From the NCBI GenBank assembly GCA_002633005.1, contig NMRA01000083.1, forward strand, positions 74,896 through 138,895: a stretch of DNA of 64,000 nucleotides. Direction: 5' to 3'. The notes below the pieces were generated by a model, which did no database searches, was not told the origin of the DNA, and was given only the letters and a program-made list of their open reading frames with translations. Positions 12,735 to 25,500 of this stretch are shown here, piece by piece. The DNA is from Phoronis australis (Eukaryota; Animalia; Phoronida). The translations under genes and the position numbers were made by a program. Positions within the stretch are counted from its first letter, which is position 1; the number at the start of each line of letters is the position of its first letter.

Positions 12735-13230
12735 GAGAATAGTAATGTAGTCTGCCATGTCCCACTTGTGAAAACTGTGAGGAGTTCTATATCAACATGA
12801 CCACTAAAAACTTAAATAACAGACTGACTGGGCATAAGAAGAATAACACTAGGGCTGTGTTGACTCACTCTATTGCAGCAGGCCATGAGATTGCCTTCTC
12901 AGGTGTGAAAATCCTTGACCAGGACAACAGTGGTATTAGGTTGTTAATTGGTGAGACAATCCTTATAAAGCAAAATCAATGCAGAGAGGAACAATGGTGC
13001 ATACCAACTAGAGCTGTGGTAGAGATTGGAGTTTTACCTACTGTAGTATGCACTGTGATGCTAAGTAATTAATTATTTTTCTCCCCTTTGCACATACTTA
13101 TCGAATCTGTGTACGGACCATAACCCTGATGATTATATTGAATAATATCAAAACGTCAATATGAAACACAGCGTCTTGTTTTAACTGATCATCTGGCCAA
13201 GAACTGACATTATCCCCTTTTGGAAATCTA
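12735..13230 (+). mobile_element. Penelope-like retroelement remnant (GIY-YIG endonuclease end)
   Basis: Frameshifted NVVCHV/TCENCEEFYINMTTKNLNNRLTGHKK...VLTHSIAAGHEIAFSGVKILDQ...ETILIK fits the PLE GIY-YIG pattern (VVY..C..C..YIG.T.R.L..R..EH). A PLE-like tail CCCTGATGA...AAACGTC follows. Confidence 0.7.
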
Positions 13231-13546
13231 ATTTCAATGTTTTGAAAGTCATATTTCATGGAAATGTGCAAGTTTAAACATAGGGATTTTTCACAAAATA
13301 CAATAGTTGGTTATATCTAACACAGAAATGTCACTCCAACGGTTACAGAAGTGGTTTTATAAGCCTCCTGTGGCCGTGGCCTTATGGCCAATAATACCCA
13401 CTACACAGATTCATGGCACAAAGGAGGTGCCTACACATCAACCAAACTGTTCGTGAATCACATGGAAGTCCGGAATGCATAAACCAGGCAGCACTCCTCT
13501 GACACAAGTTTACGTCTTCTAACACGCATCTTCCTCAAAATGAGAT

Positions 13547-16500
13547 CTACACGCTCTCCTTTTTCGCAGCTTTCTTTGCCTGCTTTTTCGTCTCCTCAAT
13601 TTGTTCGACGTCAATCTCAGGCAGTACTTCGGCCACAACACCATAACCCAGAGTTCCACGGCCATCTCGTAATGTGAATCTCTCCCCTTTCTCGACCACC
13701 TAGGCAAGAAACGGCAGATCCATGTTATGAGCTAATCATAGCTAATGATGGCACATATCTTACCATTCACGTTTATTATACAAAAGCATAACAAGAACAA
13801 TACTGAACATTGATATGTACCCATCATGTCCACTCCAAATGGCAAATATATAAATAAAGGGTGCACAATTTTTAAGCACACAAGTCGGATTCCAAACTGT
13901 CCAAATTAGTGTTGGGGCACCGTTCCAAGAAACTGTCAAGAAACTTTGGCCTGCCAAGTTCAGTTTTTCGTTAACTTTTTCTTTACTTCCAAGAAGCTCG
14001 ACATTTCCTACAGTTATGCTGCCAACATAGATTATACCACCTCATGTTAGTTCACTACCATCACCTAGCCCTAGTTTTGAACATATATTCATACATCCTC
14101 TTCATGTATGTTACATATATATTTTCCCCTCATTTTATATATTTTTCTCGCTTGCACTCCCTCTGGTGTGCGGGTGCCGTCTTCAGTTAAACTTGTCGCA
14201 GACAGGCACCTACTTTTACATTTTCTATCTGTAGAATTTTCCTTTGTGTTAACATATGACCTGATATCTCCTCTCCAGGTTTACTGTTACACTGTAAACT
14301 AGCGTCAAGAGCGCTTCATAGTTAGCTCAAATTTTTACCTCTACCTCTATGTGACCCTGATTTTCCACGAGAATGGAAGTGGACAGAATTCACAGAACCT
14401 GACTAAGCTTTCACGAATTCACGATTTCGAATGAAATTTCCATATTTTAGAAGCAAATGCCGTAATTCTAATATTTTCAGTTTTAATTACAAAAATTAGG
14501 TATGCAATCCATCTAATTCTACGCATTATGGCCGCTAATTGATTGACGATTATTTTGAAGCAAACATCTTCATGTTGTTGTTCATTTTTTCTGAATCAGA
14601 TTCTGTTTTTTCAAGTTTTCAGAAACAATACAAATGGTATACAGCATGTTATTGGTAAAACGAAGTTGCAACATAATTCAGTACAGAATGTAATGAAATT
14701 TCCTGATCATCACTCTGAAATAGTAAAATGAAATCTGATTATTAAGAAAACATAAAAAATCGGTCATCTCCATTTTCCAGAACGAAAAACCACAGTATCG
14801 AGTCGCAATGGAGTGCAATGTAGAAACGGCTTGTTTATTCTTGTGTTTTTGTTTTGCAGCAGAGGCCAGAGAGTCAAAAATGACATCGTGCTGATGAGAC
14901 ATGAAAACTTACAGAACCTGCAGGGCTTGTCACGTACCGATTTCACCAGAAATCAATAACGTACCGTGATCTACAATCGACTTTACATTCTGAAGGTTTG
15001 GTGGAGAACCATGACTTACTTTTTCAGTCATTCCTCGGAAACTACAGGGCAAAACATCAAAACCTGTGGAGAGAGAACCGATGAATAATTTCATTTGTGA
15101 AATAATGTATTACTGAGTACTTGCCATTGGTTTGTTGAGAGCTATTCGCACCGTGCTATCTTCGCCAGGCATGATCATATCCTTGTCAGTTAAGAGCATG
15201 ACAGAGGGTGCGTCCCACGTCTTGTAGAACATCTGTGATTGAAAGTAGGGAGTGAACGGCTTGTTCCGACCCCCTTCATCCTTACCCAGCATGTAGACCT
15301 GTAAAATAATACAAGGGGAGTACACCCAACAAGTCTGCAGAAAGGTAAAGTTATATTAGACGGGCACCGACACGCGATCACGTCCCAAGATACTGCGTAT
15401 TACTGAGGATTGCAGCACTAGCTTGCACTTGTGGAAGATTGCATCCATATGTACTCAATCATGGTAGACTTCAGAAACGCTAGCACCTCGCAAAAAAGCA
15501 AGACTTCACGAGATTTCTTGAGATATTGCCATGTATTTTAAATAAGAAAACATAATTTTGGATAGATTTTAGCAAGGTCCTCGTATAGGTCCTACCGCTA
15601 CTGAACGATACCGTGTGGTTGATCTAAGTGTATATTTTTATGAAGTGCATTTTGGAGATTATATTCTGGCTAATGAGTAAATTATTCTGTTCATTGTCTT
15701 TAGAAAAGATGTTTATCTTCCAGACATTTAACAGTACAACTTCTTTCAGATTCTGGAAAACAGTTGTTCAGTATCAATTTAGTTTTTAGGAGGTGCCACA
15801 ACAGTCAAAGTCCTCGGAAAATCCTCGTCAGCCGTCCTCTTCACAGTAGGTACATGCATGCCAATTTTCAAAACCGTCCTTAGAGAGGTTTAGTTGTGGA
15901 CACCAAAAAACAGACTTGAAAACAGTAAAAATGGCCACTAGGTGAAACAAAATACCTCGAATCTATCCAAAAACAAGAGGATAGCGTCATCTCACTAATA
16001 GTTGCCTATTTGCCAAATTTTATCAAAATCCGTTGAGGTCATTTGAAGACACAGAGGTAAACATAAAAAACTAAAATTGCCTCTAGGGGGAACATCGGTA
16101 GACAGCTCCGTCCAAAAGTCCACTAATGGCATCCCATCCATGAAAGGAACATGTGCACAAAATTTAATTTCATGAACATACATCAAAGGGTTTTTGAGAT
16201 AGAGCAGCAGATGCCAAACGTACAAGGATGACGGCATAGTGCCCCTACATATAACTATGTGGGCGAATATTACTCAGTTTTAGAGTTGTTTCAAATGAAT
16301 GATGCATTTGTTGCATCTGGTTTCCACCGAGTGAGATTTCATAAAATGCCAAGTCAAAACATGCTGTGGAGAAGACTGCCGAGTTAAGTTTAGCTGAGCA
16401 CACACCTCACGTCAAGGCATGAACAATGAATGAACAATAAATGAAAAATTAACAAGTTCGGTCAATTGTTACAGTCCTATTTCCATGCCTTCATGAAAGT

Positions 16501-19500
16501 TATGTGCGCGGCTCAATTTCATTTGAGGCAGCCAGCTTAGATCGTAGCTTCCCATCAGTTCAGTAAATTCCTACCAACGTGTGTCACTGCATGTGTTCAG
16601 CATGACCAGTTTGGGAGATTTCCCTTCCATCAATAAAGATTTCTCACCAAAAGTGTCTCGCAAGTGTGACTAGCGTTATGTTATGCGTACAAATTGAAAA
16701 ACTACCAAATACCTGGGCCTCAAAGTGGTTGTGCATCTGTAATGTTTTAGGCTTTGACAGAATCATGCCCCGCCTGATCTCTTCTCTCTTGACTCCACGT
16801 ATGAGCGCACCCATCTGGTCACCGGCTTCGGCTCGATCCAAGATTTGGTGGAACATTTCGATACCTGCACAGCAATGATGGCATTCAAGAGAACGGCTGC
16901 CGACAACGGATTAGTAGTACAAGCACAGATTACTGCATATCGCACTAGGGTATTTTATTGATGAATCATACATTTACAATTTTATAAAAGATATTAAAAC
17001 CTGTTTTTTGGTCTACTAAAAGATATCAACAATGACCACGTCACTAGATATAGGAGAATGTTTTGTAATGATAGCCAAACCTCCAGTATTGGAGCAACTC
17101 CTCAATGAAAAATATTAACAAAAGTTTGCTTTTTGCGATGTCGTGGAAACAAAATTATATGACGTCCAAACGGACAATGGTGAATACCATTTCCCCCGAT
17201 TTGCATCAGGTGAGGGTTAAAAATTCCTCACAAAGTGTGACTAATGCTAAGCGAAAGACCACTGGCCCACCTTGAATAATCCTTCTATCTTTAGGAAAGA
17301 AATGCTAATTAGCTAATCATTCAATAGCAAGAGACAAAATCTGTTTTGGGGTAAATTGTCATAACTGGGTTGTCAGTTTAAAGGCACTTTACCCAAAAAT
17401 CAGCACACAAAATTTTGTCTGTGTATGACACTTTTCTGCAATGTAAAATTCTGAAATGATCACTACAAACTTGATATTTGTCAGCAACAGCAGTTTGAAC
17501 ACGCAGTTTCTTAACTGGAAGGAAATAAAAGCAGTGCTCATGGCCTTTAGGGCAGACATGTCTACCTACCAGTAACTGTAGACTTGAGTGTTTTGCCATG
17601 ACCAATAATCTCACACTCGTCTCCCTTTTTTAACACTCCTCTCTCCAGGCGTCCCGTCACTACGGTACCACGTCCTGCCAATACGAACACCACACATTCC
17701 CAGGTAATTTTTCACTTAATGAGCACAAGCTTTCTATTGTGTATCAGAGATTGGCTACCTTTGCTGTGAATACTGGAAACTTTAGCGACTGCTGTTTTAT
17801 GACAGCTGCCCAATACAAACCAAGCTCATAACTAAAACTTTTGACAAAATAGACTTTAACTTGTCAGGGTGTGGAATGACCAATGACAAAAAAGAGGAAA
17901 CTACCAGCTGACGTATGGTTCCACAAATAAATAGGCTTGCATGATAGAAATAGTTTATGTGCTGTAAAGTTAACTCAAATGAACGTTTTTCCATGAAAAA
18001 AGTCAAAATAAAGATAAAAAAGAGACGAAAAAAGAGGAAACTGGAAATCAAATAACAAGAAATTGAAACCAAAAAAGAGGAATTCCTCTTAAAAGAGAAA
18101 ACTTCCAAGTCCCGCTTGTCTGCAGTGTGCGACAAAGAAATGATGCTTAATGGTTCTTTCAGGGTATAAACTGTTTAACTGCCAAGTTTTCTTAAGGACT
18201 GCGCCAATTAAATTTTAAGGATATTTAGAACATACAGTGTTACCATTAAAAATGCCCTCAAAATTGTTACTTGTCCGTGGATCATTTTGAAACTTTTCGG
18301 GTATTATGTACATATATCATTTCATAATACGTTGAAATTATACCTTGAGGCACATATATGCCAGGTAGAGCATTCACGATTTTATGTAAAAATACTATCA
18401 GCAGTGCAGGTTTTGGTTGAAATACATACCCTGCAGCCACCGGTACATATCTTGTCTCACATCTGACACTTCAAACTCAGGATCATTTGAATTCAAGTCA
18501 AATAAACATTAGTGATGGACAATTCAAAGGTCATCGCATCAATTGCAATTTAACAGGTAATGACCAATAAAATTTGCTATTCCTGTAATCGCATCTCACT
18601 GAACTGAGGTTACCTCTAATGAAATTTAGGATTAATTAGGTCACAAAGGGGCAAGTACCCATCTCGCCAATTGGCATGCTTAAGAATTATCTTTGTGAAC
18701 AAGTAATCGGATGAGTAATACACACAATTTAATGTTACAATATGAACATAAAGAGGCGTGTAAGCTGGTGAACGTTTTTTAAGAAACACGTTTTTCAGCG
18801 AAAATGATCAAACACGAACATCCAGCCATGTCCAATCGCTACCGTGACAAAGTGTGAAAAACAGCATGATGCAGGTATGACATCACCAAGGTAAAAGATC
18901 ATCTTTTCACAGCGTTTTTCAACTTAGGGCTGTTCCAGCAAAAATGTACGGGATGGGGAAAGGCACTTTTATTTCGTACCCACCGCCCATACTTTTCATT
19001 TATTTCTCCAATCCGCGACCCATAATTTTTTAATTAATAAGTTAAAATATAAAATCCAACACTTGCAAACAAATTGCCTCCGGGATGACCTGTTAAGAAC
19101 TTAGATGATCGACAGAAAAGAACTAGTTGTCTTGTCCAATATTGTCAAAAACTAAAGTAGTCTAGAGGGTGGTCGAATCAAAACGAAAATGACTTGTCAA
19201 TGCATCCATCCCTGCAATATATTTTTGAGCCAAATTTCCAGTTGTGCCAAGCACTTTTTAAGATAATCAACCTGTCTTGTCAAAAACTAACGTGGTGCCA
19301 CAGTAGTTGAATCCAGCGTCCAAAAATAGAGTGGTGTCGGCACATTCTTGCACTTCGATTTCGAATTTCATTGTGATCAGTGAAGCAGTTTTTGCGATAA
19401 TCAACATACCAGGAATGGTTTGTCGAAAACTAAAGCGGCCAACATGGGGAAATCGACTGGTGCAGGCGCATCCTTGCCAATTATACCTATACCAAATTTC

Positions 19501-22500
19501 ATCATGATCTGCCAAGCGGTTCTTCAGATAATTGATGGACAAGAAATGATGACAGACGGACCGACCACAAAGTTTTTGTGGGTGCAGAAAAATTCCATGT
19601 GAGATCACTACTCATACCAGTTACCAGAAACTTGCTTTTAGATCCCTTGTCAAATTTGGAAGATATTGAGGCAAGATTAAAACCACAAAAGACAAACCAC
19701 TAGGGGGTGTACCATTAGTCGAAATTGTCTAAAATTCAACACCAGGTAGGTCAACCCCACAAAGGTAAATAGAAATACAATCTTCGAATTTCATTCTCAA
19801 ATTGTTAAGGATTCATCAGCATGACCTCATTTTGACTCAGTAACGTCTGCTCTATGCGCAGGACTGTAGCAATTGAATCAACATTAATCAAACCATGGAA
19901 ACTGAGACATTTGGTCACCAAATCTGAAGGCCAGACCAGTCTTTGAATTGATTAGCTTCACAAAGTAGATGTGTGGATATGTCCACTAAATACCGCACCT
20001 GTGATCGAGTATGGAGCTTCGATGGGGAGATAAAACGGCTTGTCAAGATCTCGAGTTGGTTCTTTGATGTATGAGTCCACAGCCTCTAACAACTTTTTAA
20101 CAGCTTCCTCTCCCCTTTCCAGGTTCGTTCCCTGTCAGAGTTATGGTGTTAATTAGAAAGAGCAACGGAAAGCATTGAAATACACCCACCCAATCTGACN
20201 TTTACTTGTTCAAGTTGTTTCATTGGGCCATAAATGTTTGATGGTGGGTAATTTTAGTAAATTTTATAAACAATCCGCACAGAATCAAAAACTGAAACAA
20301 AAATGCAACTTGCAAAAAGCTCTGACTTTTTCACTCCCTCCGATCTCCTCATCGGCATGCCCATAACACCATTTAACCACAGGTGCTCGAAATTTCTCGA
20401 TGGCTAATAACCATATATAAGAAACATATGTTTTCTTAGTAATGAATGACGTTAGTGGTGATGGAGGAACAGATAAACTCAAGCGCCTGTGCAGTCAACC
20501 ACAAGAACAAAAAAAATTACGGGTGGTTGCATTTCAAACTTAAGAAACATATGTTTCCTTAGTAATGAATGACGTTAGTGGTGATGGAGGAACAGATAAA
20601 CTCAAGCGCCTGTGCAGTCAACCACAAGAACAAAAAATTACAGGTGGTAGGCTGAAGAAATAAATGAAAAATATGGGTGGTGGGTGCGAAAAAAAGGTGC
20701 CTTCCCCCCCTCCCATACAGATTTTACTGGAACAGCCCTGACAGAAAAGAATCCCCTTTTGACCTTTCAAAATCACAAATTTGAATGTGTTTTTGCAGCA
20801 ATGGTGTTAGTTCATGGTGATGAGGGTAAAGTTTTCAGCACAAATGCACCCGTCAGAAACACAAGGTTAACCTATTCAAATTGCCCTCTAGTGGTGAAAA
20901 CCAACCATGTTAATTCTTATGTTATTCAGCACACAAAATAATGCCGAAATCAACACTTATTGATTTTTCAAAACTGACTACAATATTACAAATGACAATT
21001 TTACCACGAGTCCTTTTATGACAGCTATACGTTAGAAACATTGTTATTAAATGAACTTGATGATATTTGTTGAAACAAAATTTCATGTATGCCATATTGT
21101 GTGCTAAAGAGGTGAAGAATTACTGTGACAGACGTACAACTTCTCACGCTATCGGGAGCTAGGGGGACCACTTTCCTAACCAAATTTGAATGTGCACTAA
21201 CCTCAAGAGCCTCCAACGCTGAACCAACGATGACAGGTGTGTTGTCTCCGTCATAGCCGTAAGACGTTAACAGTTCACGGACTTCCATGTCCACCTAATG
21301 AATGTAAAAATATTATTACTGTGATATTTCATGAGATTTTGTGGAATTTCATGATGGCACTAATTGCGACAGTTCTTCAGCACCACCACATAGCACAAAG
21401 TACCATATTATAAACTTTATGAATAGCACACAAAACCAAAAAAACTGACATACACCACATCTATCACAAGCAGAAACTGTCTGCAAATTTAACTGACACC
21501 CGATATTTTTTACAACCACAGTACTTGTCCAAGTTCTCCAAAAAACATAACACAACACGGATGTAAGCTAAGTCAGTCTTGCGGAACACAGGGATGCCCT
21601 GTCGTGTACTGAATGAACACATTGGAAGTGCTTCAAAGGATTTTATTTGGCATAATGGCCTTACCACTACTACTCTACCACGGCTCACTCCACTGAACAC
21701 TCGTTGGGCCAAAAAGCATAGCTGGTTCCTATCTCTACATCCCACTCATTTTGAAACACGCACTCACTGACTAAAAACGTGCCCATATGCATTAATTCCA
21801 GCCAATGTGTAGTGTTCTATTTTTGAGAAGCTGCACAAAGACATGTTTGCAAATTTGAAATGCCACAGTTTGCCATGTGATGCGTACAAAAACAAATCCC
21901 GCGCCATTTTTGATCGGAGACAGACTCTCTCTTATGAAAAGGTGAGCAACTTAAAAAGTACCCCACCACCGACTAAAAATAATAACAAGAGCAACGCGGA
22001 GCGTTGAAATGCACCCACAAATGCATTGCGAATGGTGTGCTTTTAGGGTTATTTATTTGTATCATAAAAATGGCCACTAGATGGTGCAAAAACATACAAT
22101 CCATCCAAAAACAGGAACATGCCATATTTCATAAAAACATGTCAAGGAACTTCAGAGAAACAAAGGAAAACAGAACAAAATGAAATTGCCACTAGTGGGC
22201 ACAGTGTCCATTGGATCCGCCTGAAAGTAGTCGTCGCCTGTTGTTGTCTTCATATAAATACACTTACTAAATTTAATAAAGATCCTACAGTGGGTTTAGG
22301 AGATACAACTATGGGCGCAAAACAAAACTACCACTAGGAGACGCCACAGTAGTCAGTCACCATCATCAAAGGTCGTCTTCACACTGAGAACATATATGCC
22401 AATTTTCAAATGATTTGGTTGATACTTGGATAGACGCCAAAAACAAGATTTGAAAACATCAAAAATGACCACTAGGTGGCGCAAAATACCTCGTCATCAC

Positions 22501-25500
22501 ACCAATAGACGCCAATATTTAATCTGTTGAGGACCTTCAAAGATACAGAGTTAAACATAAAAATCTAAAATTACCACAAGGGGGCACAGCAGTAGTCAGA
22601 TCTGTCCGAAAGTCGTCGTCATGCGTAGTCAACATCATTTAAAGATCCAGCAAACAGTTTAGGAGATACAACCACGAGTACACAAAAAAACTGCCACTAG
22701 GAGGTGCCCCAGTAGTCAAAGTCATCAGAAAACCATCGTCAGCCATCTACTTCAAAGTAAAAACATACATGCCAATTTTCACAATTATCCTGAAAACGGT
22801 TTGGTTGATAGATGAGTAGATGCCAAAAAAATCGAAAACAGTAATAAAGGCCACTAGGTGGCGCAAACTAGGTCGAATTTATCTGAAAATGGAGAGATAG
22901 CGACATCTCAATAATAATAGATGCCCGAATGCCAAATGTTATGAAAATACGTTGAGGACCTTTGAAGATACATAGATAAACGTAAAAAAATAAAATTGCC
23001 ACTAGGTGGCACACCAGTAATCAGATCTGTCCAAAAGTCGTCGTCCTCCGTTGCTAACATCATAAAAATATACTTACTAAATTTCATAAAGATCCTGCAA
23101 ACGGTTTAGGAGATACAGCCAGACGCAAAAAAAAAAAACTGCCACTAGGAGGCGCCACAGAAGTCGAAGTTCGTCGGAAAATCGTCAGCCGTCCACATCA
23201 TAGTAAGAACATACATGCCAATTTTCACAATGATCCTTTGAGCGGTTTGGTTAATAGAGGAGTGGACGCAAAAAAGACTAAAAAACAGTAAAAACGGCCA
23301 CTAGGTGGCGCAAACTACATTGAATCCATCCGAAAACGGGGGGATAACGTCATCTCACTAATAGGTGCGTATGTACCAAATTTCATGAACATCCGTAGAG
23401 AACTTTTGAAGATACAAAGGTAAGCGTAGTAAAAAACTAAAATTGCCACTAGGGGGCACACCGGAGGTTGGATCCGTCTGAAAGTTCGCTCATGCCGTCA
23501 TATTCATGAACGGAACATACGTGCCAAATTTCATGAACGTATATCAAAGGGTTTTGGAAATAGAGCAGCGGACACCGGACGCCGCACGGACAGACGGACG
23601 GAGATGACGGCATAATGCGTCCACATATACATATATGGGCGCATAAAAATGGCTACTAGGTGGCGCAGAATATGTAGAATCCATCCCAAAAATGGAAAGG
23701 CATAGCTATCTCCTTAAGAGAAACCTACTTACTAAATTTTGCAACAATACATCAATGAGCTCCAAAGATACAGAGGCAAACGTAAAAAAAATAAAACTGC
23801 CACTAAGGGACACAGCTGTAGATCCTCAAGAGAGTTGTGGAGATACAACCAGGGATGCAAAAAAAATCCCATTAGGGGTCGCAAGAGTAGTCGCCAGACA
23901 CCCAGATGCCCAGACAGAGATGACAGCAATATGCACCCACAGTATAAATAAGCATAATAAACTGAGACCTGGACCCGATTTCAAATATTCTTACTCACAA
24001 TAGTACTCCAAAATATATTTGACTTTTTCTGTTCCCTTTTAATACAAACATAAGGTAAATTATTCAACATTTTGTTCTTGATTGCATCATGCACTTCGCA
24101 AGTCACTGTAGCCCAAATTTGCATTTGGTGAGCTTTACACTGGAGCTGCAAACTAGAGTAAAAACTCAAGATTTCAAGTTCACGCTCAAACTTATACTTT
24201 ACAACTAATGCTGGGGTCATCAAATGCAAAATAGGATTACACAGTTGTCCACGCAAATCATAACTTTTTCAAGCACAGAATACAAGATAGATACCTCGAG
24301 TACAACGGAAAATCTTTAAACTAATTTCAAGTTCGATTTCAACTAAAAATATTAAATCCCGGGCCCTAAACCAATTGTGCTTTTACTTACCAGCTCTATC
24401 ATTTCTTCATCTGCAGCATCAGCCTTGTTAATAAATACAACTATATGTTCTATGCCAATCTGAAAGAAAACAAAAAATAAGCTTAGATAATGATCAACAT
24501 CACTAAGAACAAATTACATGCCCTGTGCAGCGGCCATCTTTGAAAATAATGCCCTGTGCAACGGCCATCTTTGAAAATTGCTGTTTTGGTGTTGAGGTGG
24601 AATCCTTCGTTTTGGTTGTTTTATACGGCAAGTAAAGCATTCCTATTATCTCATGGTTATGCCATAAACAGAATGCAAATGACTGCTTCAGAAGAAAGAT
24701 TCAATTGATAATACCAGATTGAAGTTGGTGACTTTAGGGTTGACCTACTTAGCGCTGCATATGTTGAGATAAAATTAAGAGTAATGTAAGTATTTTGGGA
24801 GAGAAGAGTCTGTAGAATTTGATTTTTTTACTTGATACCAATCTGCAATTAATTGGTTCACATAATCATGTGTTTTTAGTAAAATTTAACAAAAAAGAAA
24901 GGTACACATGTAGCAAAACAACAGCAACAATAACAAGAGCAACGCAGAGCGTTGAAATGCGCCCACAATTGCACCGTATATGGTATCCTTCTAGGGTTGT
25001 TTATTGGTNATGTTCTATGCCAATCTGAAAGAAAACAAAAAATAAGCTTAGATAATGATCAACATCACTAAGAACAAATTACATGCTAAATAATGCCCTG
25101 TGCAGCGGCCATATTTGAAAATAATGGCCTGTGCAACTGCCATCTTTGAAAAATGCTGTTTTGGTGTTGAGGTGGAATCCTTCGTTTTGGTTGTTTTATA
25201 CGGCAAGTAAAGCATTCATATTATCTCATGGTTATGCCATAAACAGAATGCAGTCAAACGACTGCTACAGAAGAGAGATTCAATTGATAATACCAGATTG
25301 AAGTTGGCGACTTTAGGGCTGACCTACTTAGCGCTGCATATGTTGAGTTAAAATTAAGAGTAATGTAAGTATTTTGGGAGAGAAGAGTCTGTAGAATTTG
25401 ATTTTTTTACTTGATACCAATCTGCTATTAATTGGTTCACATAACCGTGTGCTTTTAGTAAAATTTGACAAAAAAGAAAGGTACACATGTAGCAAAACAG

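Noticed and set aside
25010-25030. Duplicated TUFM exon 6 as an alternative exon
   Set aside because: Only the acceptor and about 15 nt are repeated, next to an assembly N. An allelic artefact explains it best.
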